NCBI RefSeq assembly: GCF_006345805.1
Contig: NC_042999.1
Span: 115,010,001 to 115,074,000 of the forward strand
Length of the DNA: 64,000 nucleotides
Reading direction: 5' to 3'
Source: Octopus sinensis
Lineage: Eukaryota
In this document: piece by piece, positions 50,171 through 63,440 of the stretch
How positions within the stretch are numbered: the stretch's first letter is position 1
Layout: each line of letters starts with the position of its first letter
Position numbers and translations under genes: made by a program
The notes under the pieces: generated by a model
What the model saw: the letters and a program-made list of their open reading frames with translations, nothing else
What the model was told of the DNA's origin: nothing
Databases searched by the model: none

Positions 50171-50607
50171 GAGAGTTACATGCACCAGATGAGTAAGGGT
50201 CTGTCACAGATCTTCCATTCGATATTGAGGGAATAGTTTTCTTGGTTCCTGAGAAACGAACAGGATAGTGGAGTTCTCCGTCCTTATATCTGAAGGAGTG
50301 CATATATTGCCTAAAATACCCATTAAACCATTAGCAAGAGGATCCTTAAGAATTCCCATCTTAGTCGCCCGGAGCGCTTAATTGCCAGATATGCCTCTCT
50401 GAGAAACCGTATATTCCACAACAACTTCCATTTTCTATCAACAGAAAACTAATATATTGTAGTGTTGCCATCAAAAACCTCCTTGAGAAAGAACTTCAAA
50501 AATTGCCCAGTTATATAGAGGAAAGGCCTCTGTCACACTTGAAGGCATTTATGCAGTTGCAAGCACTTTTTAATTGTGAGATTATCCTTCCGCTCATCTC
50601 CAGTACT

Positions 50608-50660
<53 letters not shown>

Positions 50661-50767
50661 CTGTCACTCACACCACACACACACACTCACAAACACACAC
50701 ATACACACATACGTTTGTATGCATGTGTGCATGTATTATGAATATATATATATATATATATATATAG

Positions 50768-50820
<53 letters not shown>

Positions 50821-50834
50821 TATATATACATATA

Positions 50835-51245
50835 TCTATATATCAATATCTATAAAGCTGAAATGCGAAAAGTTTGTTTGTCTCATTTGGGATTGGAACT
50901 AGATGGGGTCGAATTCGCTCCAAAATTTACAGGGACATGTAAAAAGAGGCAAGGAAGTGAGTGGACTAGGTTAGAAACTCATATCTCAAAAGCTGTGGTT
51001 ACTAGGACAACAAAACCCATACTTTGACAAGTGTTTGTCGTTTCTCTCCTTCACATATCATCCTTCCTTCCCTCCAATTTTCTCTCTATAACGACGTTTG
51101 AAAGGAAGAATAAGTGAGTGGGAAAGTGAGAGAGAAAGGAGAGAGAAACAAAGAGGGAGAATGTGGCGATAAGAAACAGAATGGAAGCAACAGAAAGTAA
51201 CAACCACACCCTCACCCGCGCGTAGAGCAGGTCACCTTAAGCTAG
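50835..51245 (+). mobile_element. Non-autonomous Helitron, apparently complete
   Basis: A|TC start, tataaagctgaaatgc, GC-rich subterminal cccgcgcgtagagcagg, CTAG|T end. Confidence 0.7.
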
Positions 51246-51426
51246 TATATATATATAAATTTATATATATGTATGGAGAGAGGGTGAAAAAGAGAAGGAC
51301 AGAGAGAGCTTGATAAATAGACATACAAATATGTATGCATACCACACACATACACACACACACCCACGCACACATACGCACACACACACACACACACACC
51401 ACATACACACACACACACACACACAT

Positions 51427-51497
<71 letters not shown>

Positions 51498-51594
51498 ATA
51501 ACATATATATATATATATATATATAATATATATATATATTATATATATATATATAATATATATATATTATATATATATATTATATATTATAGCC

Positions 51595-51755
51595 ATGACA
51601 GGCTTCTTCTTCAGTTCCGTCTACTAAATCCATTAACAAGGCTTTTGTCGGCCTGAAGGTATAGTAGAAGACATGTGACCAAGTTACCACGCAGCGAGAC
51701 TGAACCCGGAATCATGTGCTTGGGAAGCAAGTTTCTTACTATACAGCCACGCCTG
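51595..51755 (-). mobile_element. SINE family A 5' half
   Basis: ttccgtctactaaatcc..gactgaacccggaatcatgtg. Confidence 0.85.
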
Positions 51756-52213
51756 CACCTATATGTGTGTGTCTACATACATACATACATACATACATAC
51801 ATACATACATACATACATACATACATACATACATTCAATGTTATTCAACGTACTGATCTAACGATTTTGTTGGTGTTTTTTCCCAAGTATTTACTGCCGA
51901 CTCTTTTTAACAGTCTACCTATTGTAATGTGATTCTTAGCTGTTTGGTGTTTACACCACTCTCTGTTGCTATGGAGCTAAGATCAAAGGAAATTGCAATT
52001 TCGTTCGGCTAGTGGTGCTGTGTGAGAAATATAGATAAAAATATGAAGACTGCGTCACTGACGGTAGTTTACGGGTGGCCTATGGACCTATCAATGTCAT
52101 ATACATATTGATATACATATATATCACACCATTATAACATATATATATATATATACACACAACACATATATATATATAATAATATATACGTATATATATA
52201 TATTATATTATAT

Positions 52214-52249
<36 letters not shown>

Positions 52250-52557
52250 ATACACAGACATATTTACACACACATATATATATATATACAATATATATAT
52301 ATGTGTTGTATGTATGTATGTATGTATGTATGCGTCTAAGTAATATGGAGTATGTAGATATGTATTACTATATGGCTAGTACAAAAGGCTAACATAATTT
52401 AATAGTTTATATAGACGTGTTGATCGTGGGTCATAAGGTGGTGACGGAGTTATATTGTTGGTATTGGCGGTAATGGCGTATGTGAAGTTGTTTAGCCCCA
52501 AGTAAACGTTGATTTGCAGATTTGTGATAAAAAATGGTCAATTGTAACAACACCATA

Positions 52558-52597
<40 letters not shown>

Positions 52598-52600
<3 letters not shown>

Positions 52601-52826
52601 TAGTTTTATTTTAATCATGTGCTTTCACTGCAATACCGAGCGCATCTCTGTGCTTTGGATATGTGCAGTGGTTTATTGTAGTGCTCTTATTTTCACTGTA
52701 TTGAAAGTGTTTTATGTAGGATGTGTGCGGTGCCTAGTAGTACTATTTTCTGTATGTTACATATACATGTAAACCCTGGTGTTTTTTGTTATGTATTTGG
52801 TCTGAATTATATATATATATATAGCA

Positions 52827-52881
<55 letters not shown>

Positions 52882-53800
52882 CGCAGGAGTGGCAGTGTGG
52901 TAAGTAGCTTGCTAACCAGCCACATGGTTCCGGGTTCAGTCCCACTGCGTGGCACCTTGGGCAAATGTCTTCTGCTATAGCCCTGGGCCGACCAATGCCT
53001 TGTGAGTGGATTTGGTAGACGGAAACTGAAAGAAGCCCGTCGTATATATGTATATATATATATGTGTGTGCGTGTATCTTTGTGTGCCTGTGTTTGTCCC
53101 CCTAGCATTGCTTGACAACCGATGCTGGTGTGTTTACGTCCCCGTTACTTAGCGGTTCGGCTTACGAAAGAATAAGTCCCGGGATCGAGTTGCTCGATTA
53201 AAGGCGGTGCTCCAGCATGGCCGCAGTCAAATGACTGAAACAAGTAAAAGAGTAAAAGATATATATAATATATAATATATATATATATTATATATATATA
53301 TATATATAATGCACCTAGGAATTGTTTCTGTTTTTAGGCTCCACATTCGAGATCTCTATTTCCAGATCTTTGTATTTTGAAAGTTTCACCGTTTCTTTAG
53401 AGAAACATTGTCATCTGTTGGTATTGATACATCGATTAGAGAGCATTTTTTTTCTTGGTGATCTCTGACAACTATGTCCTGCCTATTGGCCTTAATTTCT
53501 CTATCTGTGTGTATTGGCATATCCCAGAGTATGGTTGTTTTCTCATTTTCTGTGATCATCTTTTTTTTCTGGTGTCATTTCATAGTGTTGGTATAGCTTC
53601 CAGTGTATATAGGTCCTAACTCTGTCGTGTCTGTGAATATATTCCTTCTTAGCTGGGACTGGGCAACCAGAGACAATATGATTTATTGTTTCTTCTCCAT
53701 CACCACATATTCTGCAGTTACTTGTATTTCTTTTCATTGCGTGTTTTTTGTTGGTTTCTGGTGGGAAGGCGTTGATCTTGTGCTGCAATTAAAAATCCTT
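52598..53800 (-). mobile_element. R4/Dong-like RLE LINE 3' fragment between two (TAA)n tracts, split by a SINE
   Basis: GFLIAAQDQ, CRICGDGEETINHIVSGCP..EYIHRHD, LIDVSIPTDDNVSLKE..KYKDLEIEI, then NIQKIVLLGTAHILHKTLSIQ* and aaataaaactactg(aat)n. Confidence 0.9.
52880..53259 (+). mobile_element. SINE family A, full-length reference copy
   Basis: ggcgcaggagtggcagtgtggtaag (A box), gggttcagtccc (B box), tail caagtaaaagagtaaaag. Confidence 0.95.
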
Positions 53801-53823
53801 TATTATTATTATTATTATTATTA

Positions 53824-53859
<36 letters not shown>

Positions 53860-54018
53860 GTCTTTACTTTCTGAGTTCAAATTCCGCCGAGGTCGACTTT
53901 GTCTTTTATTCTATTGAGATCGGTAAAGTATGTTCCAGTTGAGCACTGGCGTCGATGTAATCGACTTACCCTCTCCCAAAAATTACTGACCTTGTGCCAA
54001 AATTTGAAACTAGTAAAC

Positions 54019-54066
<48 letters not shown>

Positions 54067-54134
54067 CAGTAGTAGTAGCAGCAGCAGCAGCAGCAGCAGC
54101 AGCGGCAGCAGCAGCAACAGCAGTAATTGTTGTT

Positions 54135-54198
<64 letters not shown>

Positions 54199-54420
54199 AA
54201 GTAGTACTAAGGTGGCGAGCTAATAGAATCGTTAACACGCCGGGAAAATGCTTAGCGGCATTTTATCCATCTTCACGTTCTGAATTCAAATTCCACCGAG
54301 GTCGACTTTGCCTTTCGTCCTTTCGGGGTCAATAAACTAAGTGCCAGTGAAACACTGGAATCGATGTAATCGACTATCCCTTTCCCCAATATTTGAGGCC
54401 TTGTACGTATAATTAAAGAA
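53860..54420 (+). mobile_element. Two SINE family B copies (53860-54015 and 54209-54420) around an (AGT)n/(AGC)n tract
   Basis: gagttcaaattccgccgaggtcgacttt and aaggtggcgagctaatagaatcgttaac. Confidence 0.9.
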
Positions 54421-54846
54421 AGGATTATTATTATCATTATTACTAGTTTTTTTTTTATTCTTTCAATTTTGTTTCCATTTCTTGCCGAATATCTTCCCGA
54501 CATCTAGGGCAAAGAAACTCACAGTATACATTGGTAGGCCATTAAAATAAACACACTAGATTGTTCATTTACAAAGTAATGTAATTGAAAAAAGCAACAA
54601 AAAAAAGAAAAGGAAAAGGAAAGGGAAAAAGAAAAAGGAAAATGGCAAAAGAGAAAAGAAAATAGAAAAAAAGTTAAAAATTCACAGAGAAAATGCTCTT
54701 CTCAATGCATGTGACATGTCAATTAAAACAATCTTTTGTACTTCTTGCATGGATGGTAAACCAGGGATCATTTAAAAATAATTTTCAGTTCCTTTCTTCA
54801 TCATTTCATGTTCTCCAACAATCACTGGTATTGTAACCACCTTAAG

Positions 54847-54914
<68 letters not shown>

Positions 54915-54915
54915 G

Positions 54916-55340
54916 AGTGAGAGAGCGATGCATGTCATCAAAGTGACACTGGAGTACAAATATACGAAACCCAATATACCCATCATGATTACCCGTCTAA
55001 GGGTACATCAAGCACATGCATCACAAGCATATGTATGCGATATGGTGATCTCATATCAAGATAAACAGCGCATGACCTTGCCGGTGGGGGCTCAGAATTT
55101 TCTTCAGATCGAGTAGCCCATCCCGCTCAAGAGGTCCCTGAATAAAATTTGTTTGAAGATCATGAACAAAACACCTATGTTTCTAGAAGTGAATTATTCA
55201 AACCCCAAAGAATTTATGCTCCCCCACTACTCTGCTCGTGATCAGAGATGCACATATCGTCAGCCACCAAGGGACCTACTCAGCTGGTTAAAGTCAAGTA
55301 AATGACAATCAAATATGTGGTATTGAACAGAATATTTGCA
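54916..55340 (-). mobile_element. ~430-bp probable interspersed repeat bounded by (ATT)n on both sides
   Basis: Balanced-composition segment between (ATT)n at 54847-54915 and attattatta at ~55350; resembles a repeat I recall from octopus sequence, not verified. Confidence 0.45.
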
Positions 55341-55384
55341 GTAGCCCATCTTTTATACCAAATCATCATTATTATTATTACTCA

Positions 55385-55595
55385 TTCTCATTTACTCATT
55401 TACTTGTTTCAGTCATTTGACTGCGGCCATGCTGGAGCACCACCTTTAGTCGAGCAAATCGACCCCGGGACTTATTCTTTGTAATCCCAGTACTTATTCT
55501 ATCGGTTTCTTTTGCCGAACCGCTAGGTGACGGGAACGTAAACACACCAGCATCGGTTGTCAAGCAATGCTAGGGGGACAAACACAGACACACAA

Positions 55596-55628
<33 letters not shown>

Positions 55629-55745
55629 CATATATACGACAGGCTTCTTTCAGTTTCCGTCTACCAAATCCACTCACAAGGCATTGGTCGGTCCGGGGCT
55701 ATAGCAGAAGACACTTGCCCAAGGTGCCACGCAGTGGGACTGAAT
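55385..55745 (-). mobile_element. SINE family A, near full length
   Basis: Colinear with the other family A copies. Confidence 0.94.
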
Positions 55746-57749
55746 ACCTTTTGTTTGCTCGATCAAAATTGAGCGAGAACACCTTATACTTGTAAAAAGT
55801 GACAGATAGCAAGATCGGTAGAATACTAAGTGGGTGTTATTTAGTTGTGTGTCAGCACATTCTAAGTTCAAATCCCGCCAACGTCGACTTCGTCTTTGAT
55901 CCTTCTAGGAATCGATAAGATAAGTAGCAGTCAAATACTGAGACACATCTGATCAACCATAGTCCCGACCCTACCTCATTAGCAAATCTATATTGGTTTC
56001 AAATTTTGGCAAAAGGTCAGCAATTTCGGGGAAGGGAGGGCAATCGATTACATCAATCCCAGGGCTACTCTGACTCGGAGGAGTAGCACCAGTCAAAATC
56101 TCGGGCTATTGGTTAATTAGTATATTAGGACGCCCCTTCCTATGCAGGTTAAGACTGGACACGGCGGACTCTACGGAACAAACCTTCATAGTTAAACGGA
56201 GGGAAGGCAGCCGCAGCAATGCATTATGGAGTGCAGAGAGCAAGATGGAGCAAGTAAGATCCATTGTATCTGTTTCCATCCCCAGTTGTTTTGGCTTGGT
56301 CTTACCGCTGGATTGAAGATGGTCAGGGACGTGAGGGTGAGGCTAACGGTGCACAACTCTTCTTTACTTTAAATAAAGTCATTGCACAAGTCATCAATCA
56401 CCCCTCTGTCGGACGAACGTGGTATACTTGTATATTATAATTACTATAATGAGGATGAGTATCTATCTCACTATTCAACAACTACTATCACATCAACAGC
56501 AAAAATCAAAACATCCACAGCTACAACAGTAATATCAAATGCATATAAGTAAAATTAAAAACAACAATAATAGTATGATCAATCACAATATCAACTATAA
56601 CAAATATATGAAAAACAAGACAACAATATATACTATTCTAATAAAGAACAACAGCTGGTGTCAAAACAAAACCGACAACGTCAGATGCAACAACAAAACA
56701 CCTACAGCAATCACAAATTTAACAACAAAAGAGTTTTTTTTTTAATAATTTTAGTTTACAACAGCTGTAATCAGTAGCCACAACGACTAAAACCACAATG
56801 TCTACAGCAACAACAACTAAAGCACTAGCAGCACAAAAAATATATAAGCTTACTACAAGGCCTGAAAGTAAAGGCAAGAACATAACTTCTGCTGACGACG
56901 TCTAATAACTTAGAAACGTTTAGAGTCGTATCCCTTGCTTGCTCGGCCGAAGAATAATGATAGCTAACTTTTAATATTTCCTTTTCATATTCATCTGTAT
57001 TTACCGCTGTTGAGATTATTATAATTGTGCTCATCGGAGATTGAAAGTATAAAAAGAATTGCGGCTATCCTCTGTTACTGGAAGTGAAGAAGTGTCATAT
57101 CCGGCTTGTGGATGCTATAAAAAAAAACAAAGTCGCAGAGACAATTAATCAAAGAAGTTGTCAAGAGTATTGTCCCTTGTCTCCCAAAATCTTAGTTATG
57201 ATGCAGCAAAGAAATAATCAAACCTACATTTTTATAGCTGACGAACCAAGACGAACCAAGTGTTACCTAAAAAGGTAAGAAATAATAGTCTGGTTTCCAT
57301 AAATCCCGTCTTACAATTTTTAAACCTAGAACGACAGAAAAAAGTGAAAAAAAATAAAGTGGTAATAGTTAGTGTCTTTTGGTCATAGGTCTGCCCAGTC
57401 AGGACTGATCTAAGGCTAATTAAAGTGACAACAGATATGACAACAACTGGTTGAGCAACTGCAGACATTACATAAACCACAACAAAACAGCAACAACATG
57501 AACAGAGCAACAATATGGTATATGTATCAAGTCGCGAGGACAATTCATCAAGGAACTTGTCAAGAGGTATGTCCCTTGTACCACCATCCCCCCATTCCTC
57601 GTCTTACCCACCCACCCAAAAATTGTGTGAGTTGTGATGCAGCAAAATTATAGTGGGTTAATATGTGTAAGAGGTTTAAAGGAGTTGATAAGTGAGAAGG
57701 GAAATTTAAGAGGCGTATTGGATGGGTGCCTAAACCCTTACCCCCATGT

Positions 57750-58295
57750 GTAGATGCTATGCGTATGTTTTAGTCAAAACTTTCCTGGGCTCACAGGATA
57801 TGATGGTGGAAGGACCGATGGTGACGTTCTCGATTAAACATGTCTAGCACTTTCTGCCACTGCTAAAATAAACATTACTCTTCTCCATGGTTTTCCATAT
57901 AATGTTGCAATCGATGGCGCTTTCCTTCAATGACCCTATATTCCTTACCAGGGCAGTGACATTGTGCCTCTCATGAATATTAACGGAGGATTTATGATTG
58001 TTAAATGGTCCTGAAAGGCTCTTCTATTGCGCCCACATACTTCCGCACGTTTAACTCTCTGCTGGGATCTTTTGACGTCATTTCTGTTTCATTTACATCT
58101 TTATCCGTATTACAGTGGTAGTTAAGGGGACATGTGATGTTGCCTCCGCATGAACATCCTGCTTCTGTCTCATGTGTGGGCCTACATGTTAATATAGTTT
58201 TTGTACGGCGTGCACAGCTACAAGATACTCTTAAAGTGCAACTATTAACAATTTTACGGAACCTATTTGTACGAGAAAATTGTCGATCCACTAAA
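57750..58295 (-). mobile_element. Penelope-like GIY-YIG endonuclease fragment
   Basis: GCSCGGNITCPLNYHC..RKYVGAIEEPFR, frameshift, FNNHKSS..IDCNIIWK..RKC*TCLIEN. Confidence 0.85.
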
Positions 58296-58453
58296 CCAAG
58301 GCTTTAGAAAGTTACACTAGCTCAAGATTCCACGCAATGGTATCGAACCTGGGACCACATGGTAGAGAAGGGAAATCTTGAATGATTTTGCTACAACGTC
58401 GTATATATGTATGTGTGTGTATGTATGATAAATTATATGATACACTATATATA

Positions 58454-58506
<53 letters not shown>

Positions 58507-58550
58507 ACATATATATACATATATATATACATATATATATATACATATAT

Positions 58551-58585
<35 letters not shown>

Positions 58586-58590
58586 TCATG

Positions 58591-58642
<52 letters not shown>

Positions 58643-58694
58643 ACCAAACAAAATTATAGATACACAAACACTGATTCACAGATGTGTGTGTGTG

Positions 58695-58764
<70 letters not shown>

Positions 58765-59367
58765 GGGGTGAAGAGCTATAATGGAATGAAATTTAAGATA
58801 AAATAATATAAAGCAGAATAAACTAGAATGAAATAGACCAAACCAAATAAATTGTGACTGAATTGAAGGACAATAGCAACAGATCTTAGGAACAAATAAT
58901 TACTCCACGCAAACTAAGATGATTCCAACCTTCAATGACACTTACTTAGCAACATAGAAAAACACTTCTTTCATTTGGCTTTTAATAAATTAAAAAGCAA
59001 TATAGACATGTTTTCAATGAAACTTATCTCTGACTTTATGTGTGTGTCTCACTCTTCCCTTCCCTTTTTCTGTTGCCCCCACTCTCTCCCTCTCCCTCTC
59101 ACCTTTTTCTTTTCCTCCATATATATATATATGTGTGTGTGTGTATAAATGCATATATATGTATGTATATGCATACATGCATAAGCACACACGTTTATAT
59201 ATATGCATATATACACACATTCATACATATATATACATATAGATATATATATATATGACTACATATGTATATACATTCATATATATATATATACATATAT
59301 ATATGTATATATATATATATATATACATATATAATATATATTATATATAATATATATATATATTATA

Positions 59368-59401
<34 letters not shown>

Positions 59402-59505
59402 CATATATATATACATATATACATATATATATACATATATATATATATACATATATATATATACATATATATATTATATATATATATATATATATACAAA
59501 CACAA

Positions 59506-59562
<57 letters not shown>

Positions 59563-60154
59563 TGTATGATACATATGTACATAAAAGGTTTGTGTGTGTG
59601 TGTTCGTGTAAAGCTGTATGTCTATGTTCATATGTCCATGCATTGCTCCTTGTGTGTGTTTGTGAATGCATACATCATTCAGTATATCCATGGTTTCAAG
59701 TAGTTTATCCAAGCGGATATCTGCGATCTTCAGTCGACACGGTATAGAGATGGTGCTATCTTTACTTCGTGTCCAGTGATATCCGCTCGGATAGCCTACT
59801 TGAAATATAGTACATATTACATATGCATATACATACATATATACATACATACATGCATACATACATACATGCATATATACATGCTTGCATGCATGCATAC
59901 ATACATACATACATACATACATACATACATACATACATACATACATACATACATACATACATACATACATACATACATGTGTGTGTGCATGTATATTCAT
60001 GAATATGTGTGTGTATATATGTATGATTGCATCTGTATATCTATGTATGCTTGTATGCACGTATGTATTTATCTATTTATAAAACAATATTGGCCTCAAC
60101 AAACGGTTTCAGATCAAAATTCTAGATAGCAAATTCAAAATCAGACAACCGTTG

Positions 60155-60244
<90 letters not shown>

Positions 60245-60308
60245 ATATATATATATATATATAATATATATATATTATATATATATATATATATATAATA
60301 TATATATA

Positions 60309-60370
<62 letters not shown>

Positions 60371-61674
60371 GGAGAGAGAGAGAGAGATAATATATATATA
60401 TATATACATATACATACGCACACGCACACACGAATGATTGGACAAACAAAAGAAAGTGGCACTCGACACACATTTGGTTGGAGTTACATATACTTTTATT
60501 AACCCTTTGACTCATCCCCTTTTGACTTAAGGTTTCGTGTACATATGTGTGCGTGTAAGTCGATGGATTCTCCACCGGTCGCAGCGACGAACATTCAGTT
60601 ATTCGACTAACTGAATTCGTACTCGTAGAATTAACGTACTTATCGTTGAATATTGCACAGACAAGTGAACCCTCAACATAACTTTCAGGCCGTCGATTTG
60701 ACGCAATAAGGGATGGGTCTACCTTTGAATTACAGGGACAAATCAAATAGAGGCAGAGAGAACAAGAAAGTGGGGAGAAATCAAACCTTGTATAGATTGC
60801 TACGAAGTTTGATAGCACTGCCACAACATGGCGAAGATGTGTCCGTTGTCCGCATGAAACTGATGAACAGCCGGCATATGCCTTGACAGATTCTACTACT
60901 CTGTGAGATCATGCCGAAGAAAGTTCCCTAGTAATTTTCAGCTAAAATGCTATGGTGAAGATATTGCCAGATGACGAAACTTGTAGGGGAGTAATTATCA
61001 CCACTAATTTCAATCCCAACGGCTGCAGAAGAGTTGATCATTGATAGAGATACTGGCTAAGAAAGTGCAACTCCAAATACACTGGATCAGTGGAAATCCG
61101 TTGCAGTTTCGTCTCTTGATTCTGCGTTTCATATACCGAACCTACCGCAGAAGATGATCCCGAGATTGTAGTGTGTGGGCCACTCCTTGGAAAGTTTCTG
61201 TACCATTGGTATTTCCTTTCGTTGATCTTTTCTAAAAGTTTTGCGATGGTGGGATAAAGATAACGGATGTACATTTGGACCTACACTTCGGTGACAGATA
61301 TTGCCAGAATTTTTAACGCATCGGACAAAATTTCGTGCAGTATTTCTTCTGAATTTTTGTGTTCTGCTTTCATATATTGCTAGAATCAACTTTACCTTTC
61401 GTCCATTCGAATCGATAAATAAAATCCTGGTCCAGAACAGAAAAATTGGAGGGATGATCAAAGCGTTTGGCAAAATGTCTGCGCTATTTGTTCTGGCTCT
61501 TTAGTTTATGAATTCTGTTGTTTTATACGATTATACGAACACACACGCGCGCGCATATGTACGTACGTACATACATACATACATACATACATACATACAT
61601 ACATACATACATACATACATACATACATACATACATACATACGTACATACATACGTACGTACGTACACACATGC

Positions 61675-62519
61675 AAAACTGTATGATGATTCTTCACAAC
61701 CATCCCTTGGGGGAAGGTTAATTACTTTAAAACACGAATTCAGGGCTCTGAGCGAAAATCTTCGCAGCTGCAAACGAATTTTTTAACTAGTTTGTATAAG
61801 TCACAAGTTTGCTTCTAACTCACAGACAGTATATAGAGAGGTGAGAAAGGAAAAGATTAACGTTAAGGAAGCCTCCTCTCAAGAAGATCTTGAATCATTC
61901 TGATTGGAAATCTGGGACGAAAAGAGGAATCTCAACTTCAATGCATTGTGGCTAAATACAGTAAAGAGAGAATACTGGACCAACATCAGCAGTTAAACAT
62001 ATGCAATTGACCCGCAAATGTTCACCTTAGCTATAGGCAGACTGCATAATGGAAAGGTACTTGGAAGGGACCTAATAGTTGGATACTGGTATAAGAGGCT
62101 GACATTTTACAGGAAACCACTAATAAGTATATTCAAAAGTACTATGGAAAATCAGATTGACATACCAAATTGGCTTGTACCAGTGAATTTTGTGGCCAAA
62201 ATTGAAACCACCGAGTTACCTGAAAACTGCAGGCCCATTGCTTGTCTAAACATTATGTACAAACTGTACACAAGCTGCCTCAACCAATTCCTCGAGGATC
62301 ATTGTAAGTCCAACAACATAGTGACTGATGTGCAGACAGGTTGAAAGAAGTGGCCGTGGGGACGTGACGAACAACTTCTGATAAACAAAGCTGTACTGTC
62401 TGAGATAAAAAAAAATTTTTTAAACCATCGTAGGAAGGCATTTGATTCTATTCCCCACTAGGTTCTTGTTTCCTTGAACTAAGAAGGAAATTTCAATTTG
62501 TCGAGATTTTTTGTAGGCA

Positions 62520-62520
<1 letters not shown>
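61675..62520 (+). mobile_element. R4/Dong-like LINE internal fragment (pre-RT and RT domains 0-3)
   Basis: FASNSQTVYR, SF*LEIW..NALWL, PENCRPIACLNIMYKLYTS, EQLLINKAVL, RKAFDSIPH. Confidence 0.9.
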
Positions 62521-62557
<37 letters not shown>

Positions 62558-62565
62558 TCTCTCTC

Positions 62566-62602
<37 letters not shown>

Positions 62603-62929
62603 CTCACACACACACCTCAACTTCTGTTGGTCTAGTACTTATTTTATCGAACCCGGGAGGCGAACTTCGACTGAAGACTTAATGAGGTATTGCAAAATGC
62701 ATTAAGGCATTTTGTCTGTAACTCTACCTATCCAATTACGCGCCATCCTATTATATATTAATCTAATAATATAATCCATTCTAGAGGGTAATGTTTCTGT
62801 TAATGGTGTTAAACGAGACTAAGTTACTTCTGTTCCACTCTAGGATATTTCCCTGATGAAGAATACGCAAGTATGGAAAATGACATTGAAGTTATATACA
62901 GATGAAACCCGCGATTTTCGTAGTAAGTA

Positions 62930-63440
62930 CTGTAAATCTTCGAGTATAGTCTGCCCTTGAGTATAATACGCAGGGGATTTTTAGGGGGTTGTACCTCTGA
63001 AAAACCTAAACCTTGTGTATAATACGCACTCTAACTTGAGTCGTGCGTAATTAAGCCAGCAGCACCTAGTCGAACAAACACTTCCGCGCATATGTAATAC
63101 AATAATGGTGATGTTCTCAACTGTTATATGGGAATGTAAAAATGTTTGCAAATTGTTTTTGTTACATGTTATTCTGTGTTCTGAATACTTTTATTTTAAT
63201 AAATGTTGCATACTGCAAGTTATGGATGATTCTTTTATGACTTCATTGCTTTCAGGCTTAAGGTATTTTCGCGCCCAACATCACAAAATGCGTCTGAATA
63301 AACATTGCCGGACAGCAAATAGAGACTCGGACATTGCTTAGAAAATATTTTTCATTTTTAACTTTGTATATAGTACGCACTAGGGATTTTGACCTTTAAA
63401 TTTTTGGGGGGAAATGCGGATTATACTCGAGGATTTACGG
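62930..63440. mobile_element. Second copy of the TA-flanked pogo/Tigger-like MITE
   Basis: TA|CTGTAAATCTTCGAGTATAGTCTGC ... GCGGATTATACTCGAGGATTTACGG|TA. Confidence 0.9.

Noticed and set aside
51975-51990. gctaagatcaa match to U2 snRNA
   Set aside because: Only 11 nt match, with no flanking U2 sequence or Sm site.
52880-52960. tRNA-like sequences at SINE heads (also 2749, 8260, 27805 and 48190)
   Set aside because: A and B boxes are present but there is no full cloverleaf, and each continues into a SINE body.
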